NCBI GenBank assembly: GCA_944331945.1
Contig: CALVJC010000067.1
Coordinates: 1-33,321 of the forward strand
Length of the DNA stretch: 33,321 nucleotides
Reading direction: 5' to 3'
Origin: an uncultured Bacilli bacterium
GTDB taxonomy: Bacteria > Bacillota_I > Bacilli_A > RF39 > UBA660
In this document: one piece after another, positions 8,701 to 16,557 of the stretch
Position numbering within the stretch: position 1 is the first letter of the stretch
Layout: every line of letters starts with the position of its first letter
Program-made: the position numbers and the translations under genes
The notes under the pieces: generated by a model
What the model was told of the DNA's origin: nothing
Databases searched by the model: none
What the model saw: the letters and a program-made list of their open reading frames with translations, nothing else

Positions 8701-10323
8701 GAAAATTGTAAATATTCGGAATTTGAAAATGAAGAAGGAGAGCCCTATGGAAAAGAGTATTCCTCAGGCTATGATCTTCCCGATAAAATTTGTCCCAAAT
8801 GTGGAGGAAAACTAAGCAAAGAAGGACAAGACATGCCTTTCGCTACCTTCTTAGGATTTAATGCCGATAAAGTTCCCGATATTGATTTGAACTTCTCTGG
8901 AGAATATCAGTGGAAAGCCCATGAATATACCAAAGTTCTCTTTGGAGTCGATAATGTCTATCGTGCAGGAACCATTGGTACGGTAGCAGAAAAAACAGCT
9001 TTCGGATATGTACGAGGCTATTTTGAAGAACATGGCATTACCGGAAAACGAAATGCCGAAATCGAGCGACTTGCCATTGGTTGTACCGGAGTCAAAAGAA
9101 CAACGGGCCAACATCCTGGAGGAATTGTTGTTATTCCTGGTTATATGGATGTCTTTGACTTTACCCCATTCCAATATCCTGCCGATGATAATACCTCTTT
9201 ATGGCGAACCACTCACTTTGATTATCATGCCATCGATCAAGATGTCTTAAAACTTGATATTCTAGGTCACGATGATCCGACGGTCTTAAGAATGTTACAG
9301 GATTTATCAGGGATTGATATTACAACACTTCCGATGGATGATAAAAAGATCTTTGCCATTTTATCAAGTCCAGAACCTTTGGGAGTAACCGAACAAGATA
9401 TTTTATGTCCGACGGGGACCCTAGGCTTACCAGAACTAGGTACAAACTTTGTTATCCAAATGTTAGTAGAAACAAAACCGAGTACCTTTGCTGAACTGGT
9501 TAAAATTTCCGGACTTTCTCACGGTACTGATGTTTGGGCTGGAAATGCTAGTGAATTAATTCGCAATAACGTTGTACCTTTTAAAGAAGTTATTGGTTGT
9601 CGTGATGATATCATGGTAAACCTTATGAACTGGGGCATGGAACCAAAATTAGCTTTTAAGATCATGGAATTCGTCCGGAAAGGAAAGGCGAGCAAAGACC
9701 CAGAAACCTGGAAAGATTATGCGGCGAAAATGAAAGAAGCTGGCATTCCTGATTGGTACATTGAATCTTGTCATAAGATCAAATATATGTTCCCGAAAGC
9801 CCATGCTTGTGCATATGTTATGAGTGCCATTCGTATCGCTTGGTTTAAAGTCTATAAACCACTTTGGTATTATGCTGCTTATTTTTCCATTCGGGTCGAT
9901 GACTTTGACATTGAAACAATGATCAAAGGCTATCAATCCATAAAAACTCGTTATGAAGATTTAACGGCCAAAGGCTTTGAAGCCACCAATAAAGAAACCA
10001 GTATCATTGATTCTCTTCATGTCGCTTTAGAAGCCACTGCTAGAGGAATTCACTTTGGACCGATTTCTTTAGAAAAAAGCGATAGTACCAGATTTAAAAT
10101 CGATGACGAACATGAAAACACCCTAATTCCTCCCTTTTCTACCATTGATGGTCTAGGAGGAGCGGTAGCAACTTCCATTGTCGAAGAACGCGAAAAACAA
10201 CCGTTCTTAAGCAAAGAAGACTTGCAAAAACGCGGCAAAGTATCCAAAACGTTAATTGACAAAATGGTTTCTATGGGTATTATTACCGGTCTTCCAGAAT
10301 CGAACCAATTAAGCTTATTTTGA
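5731..10323 (+). CDS. polC: DNA polymerase III alpha subunit, PolC type (PHP + 3'-5' exonuclease + polymerase core)
   Basis: PHP motif (ELHTHTKMSQMDG). DEDDh exonuclease motifs (VVFDFETTGF..., VAHNAKFDVSFL, HRGDYDAEG). Zn-finger module (CRNENCKYSEF...CPKCGG). Polymerase core (PDIDLNFSGEYQ, GQHPGGIVVIP, LKLDILGHDDPT, KAHACAYV). Terminal NQLSLF. Start moved to ATG 5731 (GGAGG at 5718-5722, 8-nt spacing). TGA stop. Confidence 0.97.
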   Translation: MEEKIKKLIDKLQLSLENSSYFKEAKLEKVIINSRTLAFDIMIQLEEYLPIEALEEIEEKKHYLSSQVTFHYQVRKENPSLLLNYFPYLLERLKEQEKITIKEIYQDALVLEEDELKLQATNKKEEEKLLEIAKEVNEFYQLLGYHEYIPVVLKEDNSILSEINQELQNAVIEIPMKQEPKKEEKPKYTRAPKSTEEGCVLGRSFKEAPIKMSMIAGEDNNVVVDAYVFGVDYFESSKSDFKIITLKVTDETDSIYCKVFVKDNEEYNRLCKELKVGKNFRIRGYIKNDAFAKELVLNARDIMPLEKAKEERKDLEEEKRVELHTHTKMSQMDGVVDEVTLVKQAIKWGHKGIAITDHNGAQAFPHVYNFVRDYNKGLKEEEEPFKVIYGTELTMVDDEVDIIIRPNDHKLLDETYVVFDFETTGFNAGGADSIIEIGAVKMCHGEILEKYDELINPGRPLPQKIVDVTNITDQMLEGKDNEENAIKRFIAWFGDLPMVAHNAKFDVSFLEMAYQKYGLGEFKNPVIDTLELSRTLDNNYARHGLSALVKRYNVPWDESAHHRGDYDAEGTALVLYKMLEKLDSRNIETMTDLSQMVSTDEMYKYGNTHHINLLTLNKKGLKNLFKIISYANTNYLYKTPRIPRSVLNKHREGLLVGSGCYESEIFQQAKSKSEEELSNLIRFYDYIEVQPPECYDHLIQSGDFGNEKELLAHLEKIIRTTEEAGKFIVATGDVHHLTREDKIYREIIVNQKVPGGGRHPLARNGITEIPSNHFRTTTEMLEDFSFLDEETRRRIVIENPHKILDMVDIIEVIIETGGIPFSPKIDHSVETVTELVFGKASSWYGDPLPHNIEERISKELYGDGIFDAIKEEAKEENLKEEQYEDEIFKRLHKTLLQGFDAVKDKIRESLRRTNKEMSEEEIEKTLPKKLGGVIGGGFDVIYLIAQKLVKHSNDDGYIVGSRGSVGSSFVATMMGITEVNPLPAHYLCRNENCKYSEFENEEGEPYGKEYSSGYDLPDKICPKCGGKLSKEGQDMPFATFLGFNADKVPDIDLNFSGEYQWKAHEYTKVLFGVDNVYRAGTIGTVAEKTAFGYVRGYFEEHGITGKRNAEIERLAIGCTGVKRTTGQHPGGIVVIPGYMDVFDFTPFQYPADDNTSLWRTTHFDYHAIDQDVLKLDILGHDDPTVLRMLQDLSGIDITTLPMDDKKIFAILSSPEPLGVTEQDILCPTGTLGLPELGTNFVIQMLVETKPSTFAELVKISGLSHGTDVWAGNASELIRNNVVPFKEVIGCRDDIMVNLMNWGMEPKLAFKIMEFVRKGKASKDPETWKDYAAKMKEAGIPDWYIESCHKIKYMFPKAHACAYVMSAIRIAWFKVYKPLWYYAAYFSIRVDDFDIETMIKGYQSIKTRYEDLTAKGFEATNKETSIIDSLHVALEATARGIHFGPISLEKSDSTRFKIDDEHENTLIPPFSTIDGLGGAVATSIVEEREKQPFLSKEDLQKRGKVSKTLIDKMVSMGIITGLPESNQLSLF

Positions 10324-10339
10324 CAAAATGAGGGAAATA

Positions 10340-10348
10340 TGTTATAAT
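10340..10348 (+). promoter_or_regulatory. Extended -10 promoter (TGTTATAAT)
   Basis: A perfect TGnTATAAT lies 17 nt after the polC stop, inside the 5' extension of track ORF 10328. This supports ATG 10379 as the real start. Confidence 0.55.
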
Positions 10349-10378
10349 GTAGCCACATTTCAAAAAGGGGAAAAAGAA

Positions 10379-11179
10379 ATGGAAAAGGTAAAAATTTATA
10401 AAATTGGAAACTTATCGGTGAAAAACCGTCGGATCTTTGAAACGGGAACACGTTTCGGAAATATGAATACCGCACCAGCTTTCTATCCAGAAGGAATGTC
10501 AAAGGAAGATCGAAAAGATGCATTCTTAGATCATCGTAAAGCAGCGAGTGCCTATTACAACAAGGAATTTGATCCATACAAATTTTACATTCCAAGTCAA
10601 AATGGAGAAGGAAAAGCGGTAACCTTAACCAAAGAAATGGTTGATTTCGCTTGGGATGGTTGGGATTTAGATATTACAGCAGACATCCTAATGGTGACAG
10701 ATAAAACACCACGTGTAGTCGTTGGATTCCCAGTGGCAGACTGTCCTGTTATCATTGCCAGTGACTTAAGACAAGGAATCACGGCGACAGCCCATTGTAG
10801 TGGAGAAATGATTGATAAATACTTACCAAAATTAACGGTAGAAGCTTTACAAAGTAAGCACAATAGTAAACTAGATGAAATCTCTATTTATGTTGGTTCA
10901 CATGCTGGACCTAACTGGACCTATGATAGAATGCCCGCTTGGGCCAAAGAATCATTTTGGGAAAAAACAGGAGCCATTACCGAAGAAAATGGTATGTATA
11001 AAATAAACTTAACTAAAGCGATTTTAAGTCAATTAAATCCCCAAAAATTCGAAAGTTATTATATGAATGAAGACGACACGATCACAAATCCAAACTATTA
11101 TTCGAATTCTGCCGCTTCCAAAGGAGTTCTAGAGAAAAAAGGACTTCATTTTACAGGAGCATATTACAAGAAAAAATAG
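10379..11179 (+). CDS. Divergent YfiH/PgeF-like (DUF152, laccase-domain) protein
   Basis: Its layout parallels YfiH/YlmD: ADILMVTD (cf. DALIT), VADCPVII (cf. ADCxP), AHCSGEM in place of HAGWRG, and IYVGSHAGPNWTYD (cf. IGPxIxxxxYEV). RBS AAAGGGG lies before ATG 10379. Confidence 0.5.
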   Translation: MEKVKIYKIGNLSVKNRRIFETGTRFGNMNTAPAFYPEGMSKEDRKDAFLDHRKAASAYYNKEFDPYKFYIPSQNGEGKAVTLTKEMVDFAWDGWDLDITADILMVTDKTPRVVVGFPVADCPVIIASDLRQGITATAHCSGEMIDKYLPKLTVEALQSKHNSKLDEISIYVGSHAGPNWTYDRMPAWAKESFWEKTGAITEENGMYKINLTKAILSQLNPQKFESYYMNEDDTITNPNYYSNSAASKGVLEKKGLHFTGAYYKKK

Positions 11180-11187
11180 TTGTCAAG

Positions 11188-11229
11188 AAAAAGGAAAAAT
11201 GCGAAATTATAAAGCTTTTTCCTTTTTTT
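11188..11229 (+). terminator. AT-rich hairpin terminator
   Basis: AAAAAGGAAAAA (11188-11199) pairs perfectly with TTTTTCCTTTTT (11216-11227). 16-nt loop and a T tail. Confidence 0.45.
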
Positions 11230-11231
11230 CA

Positions 11232-11240
11232 TGCTATAAT
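11232..11240 (+). promoter_or_regulatory. Extended -10 promoter (TGCTATAAT) for the hydrolase-murF-ddl operon
   Basis: A perfect TGnTATAAT lies 24 nt upstream of GTG 11264. RBS AAGGGAGGAAAG. Confidence 0.55.
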
Positions 11241-11263
11241 CAGAGTTAAGGGAGGAAAGTCAC

Positions 11264-11983
11264 GTGGAAATACACAATACCAAGATAAATTACATACAGT
11301 ATGGTAAAGGAAAAGATATTGTACTATTACATGGTTGGGGTCAAAATATTGAAATGATGCAATTTTTAGGAGATCCGCTATCCATAAACTATCGCATTAC
11401 CATTTTAGACTTTCCTGGTTTTGGCAAAAGTGAAGAACCCAAAGAAGTCTGGAATATTACCGATTATGCCGAAATGTTACACGAATTATTAGAAAAATTA
11501 GAGATTCAAAATCCCACCCTTATTGGACATTCCTTTGGAGGAAGAGTAGCGATCCGTTATGCTGCTCAATATAAAGTCGAAAAACTCATTCTTTTCGGTG
11601 CCCCTTGTGTTATTACCAATAAAAAACAGTCCTTAAAAGTCAAAGCTTTAAAAGCTGCCAAAAAGCTGCCTGGTATGAAAAAAATTGCTGAAGTGGCCAA
11701 AAATTACATTGGCTCCAGAGATTACAAAGCCGCAAGCCCTATGATGAGAAATATCTTAGTTCAAGTTGTAAACGAAGACTTATCGGACTATGCCAAAAAA
11801 ATTACCGTACCAACCTTACTTATCTGGGGAGAGCAAGATACGGAAGCCCCAGTAGAAGAAGCAAGACTATTAGAAAAACTATTAAAAGATGGAGCCCTTA
11901 TTATTTTGCCGGGGACTCATTATGCGTACTTAGAAAATTTAAATCAAGTACTTAATATCATAAATAAATTTATGGAGGGATAA
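11264..11983 (+). CDS. Alpha/beta-fold hydrolase
   Basis: HGWG oxyanion motif, GHSFGG nucleophile elbow, and a C-terminal H in GTHYAYLE. GTV start with a strong RBS. Confidence 0.8.
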   Translation: MEIHNTKINYIQYGKGKDIVLLHGWGQNIEMMQFLGDPLSINYRITILDFPGFGKSEEPKEVWNITDYAEMLHELLEKLEIQNPTLIGHSFGGRVAIRYAAQYKVEKLILFGAPCVITNKKQSLKVKALKAAKKLPGMKKIAEVAKNYIGSRDYKAASPMMRNILVQVVNEDLSDYAKKITVPTLLIWGEQDTEAPVEEARLLEKLLKDGALIILPGTHYAYLENLNQVLNIINKFMEG

Positions 11984-11986
11984 TTT

Positions 11987-13609
11987 ATGATAATGAAAAT
12001 TTTGTTGCTGTTATTATTAACAGTCGTAATTGTTGTGAAAAGTAAAAAAAGCATGCATATGTTACAACAAAATTTATATAACGAAAACAATCGTTATTTA
12101 AAATGGATTATCTATCATACTTCAAACTTGATATCGATTGAATTTCCCATTTTTTTAATTATCTTCTTAGCCAATAGTTTATTCGTCGAAAAAGAAGGGC
12201 TATCCTTAGTACTAAATATAATTGCTTTCTTACTTTATCTTGTCTTTATCATACTTTACAAGAAAAAAGAAAAGAACGAACAGGTCAAAAAGCCTCTCGT
12301 ATATACGGCGAGAATCAAACGATTAATGGTAACGACCACCATTGTTTACTTTTTACCAATTTTATTCTTAATTTTAACAAGAGAAAGCCTCGTTGTTTCA
12401 TCATTCTTCCTTTTCCTCTATGCTTTACTTACTTATTTAAACCCATTTGTTTTCTTAGTTACAAACTTTATTAATAAATATACCGTTGAAAAATGTGTTT
12501 ATTTTCACTTTAAACATATGGCTGGGAAAAAACTAAAACAAATGAATCACTTAAAAGTGATCGGTATTACTGGTAGTTATGGAAAAACGAGTAGTAAGAA
12601 TATCCTCGCTGATATTTTAAATATTAAATATGTCGCTTTACCAACCCCAAGAAACTTAAACACCCCTTATGGTCTCATTATTACGATTAACAATCATCTC
12701 GATAAATTTAATGATGTCTTAATTGCCGAAATGGGAGCCTACCAAAGAGGAGAAATCAAGCAACTTTGTGATTTGGTTCATCCAAAATATGGTATCCTAA
12801 CCAGAATTGGAACCGCTCACTTAGAAACCTTTGGTAGTGAAGAAAATATTCAAAAAACGAAATTTGAATTGATTGAATCTTTACCAAAAGATGGAGTAGG
12901 AGTCTTAAATCGTGATGATCCAAAACAAGTAAGCTATCATTTAAAAAATGATTGTAAGATTTTATGGATTGGAATTGAAAACGAAGATGTCGATGTTTTA
13001 GCGAAAAACATCAAGTGCACGAATACCGGAACTCATTTCGATGTCATTTTTAAAGGAGACAAGAAGAAATATCCATTTGAAACAAAATTATTAGGACAAC
13101 ACAATGTCTATAACATTCTATCTGCCATCGCCCTAGGAAGAGAATTCGGTATTAGCATTGAACAATTGCAACAAGCAGTCAAAGCCGTTCGTCCGATCGA
13201 ACACCGTCTAGAACTAAAAAAATTAGGCAACTTCTATCAAATCGATGATGCCTATAACTCGAATCCAACAGGTGCCAAAAATGCGATTGAGGTGCTTAGC
13301 ATGATGCCAGGCACCAAAGTCATTGTTACTCCAGGGATGATTGAATTAGGAGCAAAGGAAGCAGAATTAAATGAAAAATTTGGCGAACAGATTGCCGAAT
13401 TAAGTAAGGCCGATTATGTCATATTAATAGGGAAAAAGCAAACCGAACCAATCCGCAAAGGATTAGAAAAGAAAAAATTTGATATGGACAAAGTGATCGT
13501 TTACAATAATGTCGTAGATGCATATACTTTTATTAGAGGAATCAAAGGAAAAAAGGACATCTATGCTTTATTTGAAAATGACTTGCCAGATACTTATAAT
13601 GAAAAATAG
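11987..13609 (+). CDS. murF: UDP-MurNAc-tripeptide--D-Ala-D-Ala ligase (MurF) with an atypical N-terminal polytopic membrane region
   Basis: Mur-ligase P-loop GITGSYGKTSSK at residues 193-204. Also IAEMGA, TRIGTAHLE, DDAYNSNP and HRLE motifs. Residues 1-165 form about 5 hydrophobic helices. RBS GGAGGG lies 7 nt before the ATG. Confidence 0.85.
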   Translation: MIMKILLLLLLTVVIVVKSKKSMHMLQQNLYNENNRYLKWIIYHTSNLISIEFPIFLIIFLANSLFVEKEGLSLVLNIIAFLLYLVFIILYKKKEKNEQVKKPLVYTARIKRLMVTTTIVYFLPILFLILTRESLVVSSFFLFLYALLTYLNPFVFLVTNFINKYTVEKCVYFHFKHMAGKKLKQMNHLKVIGITGSYGKTSSKNILADILNIKYVALPTPRNLNTPYGLIITINNHLDKFNDVLIAEMGAYQRGEIKQLCDLVHPKYGILTRIGTAHLETFGSEENIQKTKFELIESLPKDGVGVLNRDDPKQVSYHLKNDCKILWIGIENEDVDVLAKNIKCTNTGTHFDVIFKGDKKKYPFETKLLGQHNVYNILSAIALGREFGISIEQLQQAVKAVRPIEHRLELKKLGNFYQIDDAYNSNPTGAKNAIEVLSMMPGTKVIVTPGMIELGAKEAELNEKFGEQIAELSKADYVILIGKKQTEPIRKGLEKKKFDMDKVIVYNNVVDAYTFIRGIKGKKDIYALFENDLPDTYNEK

Positions 13610-13624
13610 AAAGGAAGTAAGAAG

Positions 13625-14845
13625 ATGAAAATAAAAGTAGGCGTTATATTTGGAGGGGAGAGTGTAGAACACGAAGTAAGTATTATCTCTGCCATCCAAG
13701 CCATGAATAAAATGGATCAAGAAAAATATGAAATTATTCCTATCTATATCACCAAAGATAGAGAGTGGTATACAGGAGCCATGTTAAAAGATGTAGAAAG
13801 TTATCAAGATTTAGAATTAATCAAAAAATATGCTACCAACGTAGTACTTTATTATAAAAATGGAAGTTTTGTCTTACAAAGCAAAGGATTCTTAAAGAAA
13901 ATTGTTACGGATATTGATATTGCTTTTCCAATTACTCATGGAACCAATGTCGAAGACGGAGTCTTACAAGGTTACCTTCAAACGATTGGTATTCCTTATG
14001 TCGGACCCAACGTTTATGCCGCAGCGGTTGGACAAGATAAAGTCTATATGCGTGATATCTTCAAAGCCAACGACTTACCAATTCCCGAATATACTTGGTT
14101 TTATGATACCGATTACAAACAAGAAAAAGAAGAAATTATCAAACAGATTTCCGCTTTAAAATATCCCGTTATTGTAAAACCAGCTACAACCGGAAGTAGT
14201 GTTGGGATTGGGATTGCCGAAAACGAAGACAAATTAGACGAATTAATTGAAGAAGCAATGACTTATGACAATAAAATTATTGTAGAACAAGTCATTCCTA
14301 ACTTAATGGAAGTAAATATTTCTGTTTTAGGAAACTTTGAACATCAAGAAACGAGTGTCATTGAAGAAGTGTTATCCTCTCATAAATTCTTAACTTATGA
14401 AGATAAATATGTAGGATCTTCTAAAGTCAAAGGCAAACTTGCTTTAAAGACTACTCCAAGAAAAGGTTCGAAAGGAATGGCCTCTGCCAATCGAAAAATT
14501 CCAGCGGACTTAACCGAAAAGATGGAAAAGGAAGTTAGAGAAATTGCCGTAAAAGCTTTTAAAGCCTTAGGAAGTAGTGGCGATGCACGAATTGATATGC
14601 TAATTGATACCAAAGCTAAAAAAGTATATATTAACGAAATCAACTCTATTCCTGGATCACTTGCCTTTTATCTATGGGATCCGCTTGGCAAAGATTATAG
14701 TGATTTATTAGATGATATGATTAACATTGGTGTAAAAGACTTTAAACACCGTCAAAATAAAACTCATTCCTTTAAAACAAATATCCTAGAAGGCTTCGCT
14801 GCCAATGGATTAAAAGGAATGAAAGGAAAATTATCAAACAAATAG
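13625..14845 (+). CDS. ddl: D-alanine--D-alanine ligase (long form, 406 aa)
   Basis: VIFGGESVEHEVS N-terminus, FPITHGTNVEDGVLQGYLQTIGIPYVG, ATP-grasp motifs (YPVIVKPATTGSSVGI, ARIDM, INEINSIPG). Lies immediately downstream of murF. Confidence 0.9.
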   Translation: MKIKVGVIFGGESVEHEVSIISAIQAMNKMDQEKYEIIPIYITKDREWYTGAMLKDVESYQDLELIKKYATNVVLYYKNGSFVLQSKGFLKKIVTDIDIAFPITHGTNVEDGVLQGYLQTIGIPYVGPNVYAAAVGQDKVYMRDIFKANDLPIPEYTWFYDTDYKQEKEEIIKQISALKYPVIVKPATTGSSVGIGIAENEDKLDELIEEAMTYDNKIIVEQVIPNLMEVNISVLGNFEHQETSVIEEVLSSHKFLTYEDKYVGSSKVKGKLALKTTPRKGSKGMASANRKIPADLTEKMEKEVREIAVKAFKALGSSGDARIDMLIDTKAKKVYINEINSIPGSLAFYLWDPLGKDYSDLLDDMINIGVKDFKHRQNKTHSFKTNILEGFAANGLKGMKGKLSNK

Positions 14846-14874
14846 AACTTAGTTAGCTAAGCTCTATTTTTTTT
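14842..14874. terminator. Bidirectional terminator shared by the convergent ddl and GT2-TPR genes
   Basis: ATAGAACTTAG / CTAAGCTCTAT stem with one mismatch (a G-U pair on the minus-strand RNA). 7-T run. Overlaps both stop codons. Confidence 0.5.
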
Positions 14875-15952
14875 CGATAAGATTTTCAATGGCTTTAAGA
14901 TTATTTTTTAACCGCTCATTTTTAGGATTGATAGAAATGGCTTTTTTACATGCTGTCATCGCCAGCTCATATTCTCCATAATCATAAAAAGCAAGAGTTA
15001 ACAAATCATAGGGAGTTTCATTAAAACTAAAGACTTCATTGATATAACTTTCGGTATGAAGCTTAATTTTTAAAGCTTTCATCGTATAAAGAAGAACATC
15101 TTCCCATTCTTCTAAATGATAAGCAAGTAATGCACGTTCCATAAAAGGATCACGTAAATAAGGGGCTTCTTTCATCGCCTTTTCTAACCAATCTTTCGCT
15201 TCCTCATACTGCTGCAGTTCTTTATAACAGCGAGCAATAAAACGCATCGAAGCACATCGCTCATCACGCCAAGTCGCTCGTTTTAAAGAAAGGTGCTTTT
15301 TTAATGTTTCAATCGCTTTTTCATACTGGCCATAATACATATACTCACGACCCAAATAATGCATATTGCGATCATCTTCTGGATCTTCTTGTACTGAAAG
15401 CTCGAGTAATGGAAGATAACTAGAACGAGATTTTGTAACATCAGGATAATGATTTAAAACAATCTCATCAGTAGTAATTTTCTTTTCCATTCCTCCATCA
15501 AAAGCAAGCACTTCATGAACGGGATGGGTCCACTGATAATGATACCGGCGATGCATTTTTTCAATATAGAAATGAACCGCTGGATTTCCTACTTCATCAA
15601 AACTCCAATTGTAGCGATAGGCCAGGCGATCGGTATCCTCTTGCCAAATTTCTTCTAACTTATCACGCCATCCGGGTACGAAAACTTCATCAAGGTCCGT
15701 ACAGACACAAATATCAGCATCTTCATCAACCATAGCAAGAGATAGATTACGAGCCACATCAAAACGCCATGGATCGATCACTTTTGTTTCTACGTGTACC
15801 CCCAATTCTTGCAACTTCGCTACCGTTTGATCTGTCGAACCTGTATCAAGGACATAAATTTCATCCGCTTCCTTCATCGATTCTACCCAACGCGATACAA
15901 ACTTTTCTTCATTTTTACTAATCGCGTAAACACAAACTTTATACTTTTTCAT
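14864..15952 (-). CDS. Family-2 glycosyltransferase fused to C-terminal TPR repeats
   Basis: N-terminal GT-A fold motifs (VYAISKNEEKFV, VLDTGSTDQT, DLDE acidic motif). The C-terminal half has TPR-like repeats (YGQYEKAIETLKKHL, YEEAKDWLEKAMK, YELAMTACKKAISINP). RBS GAGGTGA. Confidence 0.8.
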   Translation of the reverse strand: MKKYKVCVYAISKNEEKFVSRWVESMKEADEIYVLDTGSTDQTVAKLQELGVHVETKVIDPWRFDVARNLSLAMVDEDADICVCTDLDEVFVPGWRDKLEEIWQEDTDRLAYRYNWSFDEVGNPAVHFYIEKMHRRYHYQWTHPVHEVLAFDGGMEKKITTDEIVLNHYPDVTKSRSSYLPLLELSVQEDPEDDRNMHYLGREYMYYGQYEKAIETLKKHLSLKRATWRDERCASMRFIARCYKELQQYEEAKDWLEKAMKEAPYLRDPFMERALLAYHLEEWEDVLLYTMKALKIKLHTESYINEVFSFNETPYDLLTLAFYDYGEYELAMTACKKAISINPKNERLKNNLKAIENLIEKK

Positions 15953-16039
15953 AGGTCACCTCAGTATAATGTATGCGAAAAGAGAAAAGTGTTTATAAAA
16001 ATTAACTAAAATGCATATCTTAAAAATAGAGGTGAGTCG

Positions 16040-16480
16040 ATGAAAAAACGTATTTTTTATAGTATTTTACCGATACTAGGTGGCACTTTGATTGGTTTGA
16101 TCATTGGAGGATATATGAACTATGAAACACTCATCAAACCTCCTTTCGCACCACCACCCATTCTTTTCCCCATTGCCTGGACTATTTTGTATATTTTAAT
16201 GGGAATCTCTTATTTCCTTGCCACGAAGGAAGAAGAGAAAGAATTTGATCGCCTTTATTTACTACAATTGTTCTTAAACCTATTCTGGCCCATCATCTTC
16301 TTTGTCTTAAAAATGTACTGGGCTGCCTTTTTATGGCTTCTACTCTTGCTATATACCGTCGTATTATGGTGGAAAGAATTAAAACAAAAAAATAAAATCA
16401 GTACCTATTTACAAATACCATATCTACTTTGGTTATGCTTTGCCGCCTATTTAAATTTAGGAATTTCTATTTTAAATTAG
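16040..16480 (+). CDS. tspO: TspO/MBR family tryptophan-rich sensory protein
   Basis: 146 aa with 5 TM segments. Characteristic KPPFAPPPILFPIAWTILYILMG, and Trp-rich TM segments. Confidence 0.85.
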   Translation: MKKRIFYSILPILGGTLIGLIIGGYMNYETLIKPPFAPPPILFPIAWTILYILMGISYFLATKEEEKEFDRLYLLQLFLNLFWPIIFFVLKMYWAAFLWLLLLLYTVVLWWKELKQKNKISTYLQIPYLLWLCFAAYLNLGISILN

Positions 16481-16524
16481 AGATTATTTTTTTATTTGAA
16501 AAGATTGTTTTTACTACTCAGGCA

Positions 16525-16533
16525 TGATAAGAT
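16525..16533 (+). promoter_or_regulatory. Extended -10 element (TGATAAGAT)
   Basis: TG-a-TAAGAT lies 25 nt upstream of ATG 16558. The same 9-mer recurs at 18444-18452. Confidence 0.4.
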
Positions 16534-16557
16534 TAAAATAAGAGGAAGGTAAAAATT

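Noticed and set aside
10050-10595. Minus-strand 181-aa ORF spanning the polC 3' end and the YfiH-like 5' end
   Set aside because: It overlaps two well-supported plus-strand genes and the promoter between them. It has no motif and no RBS.
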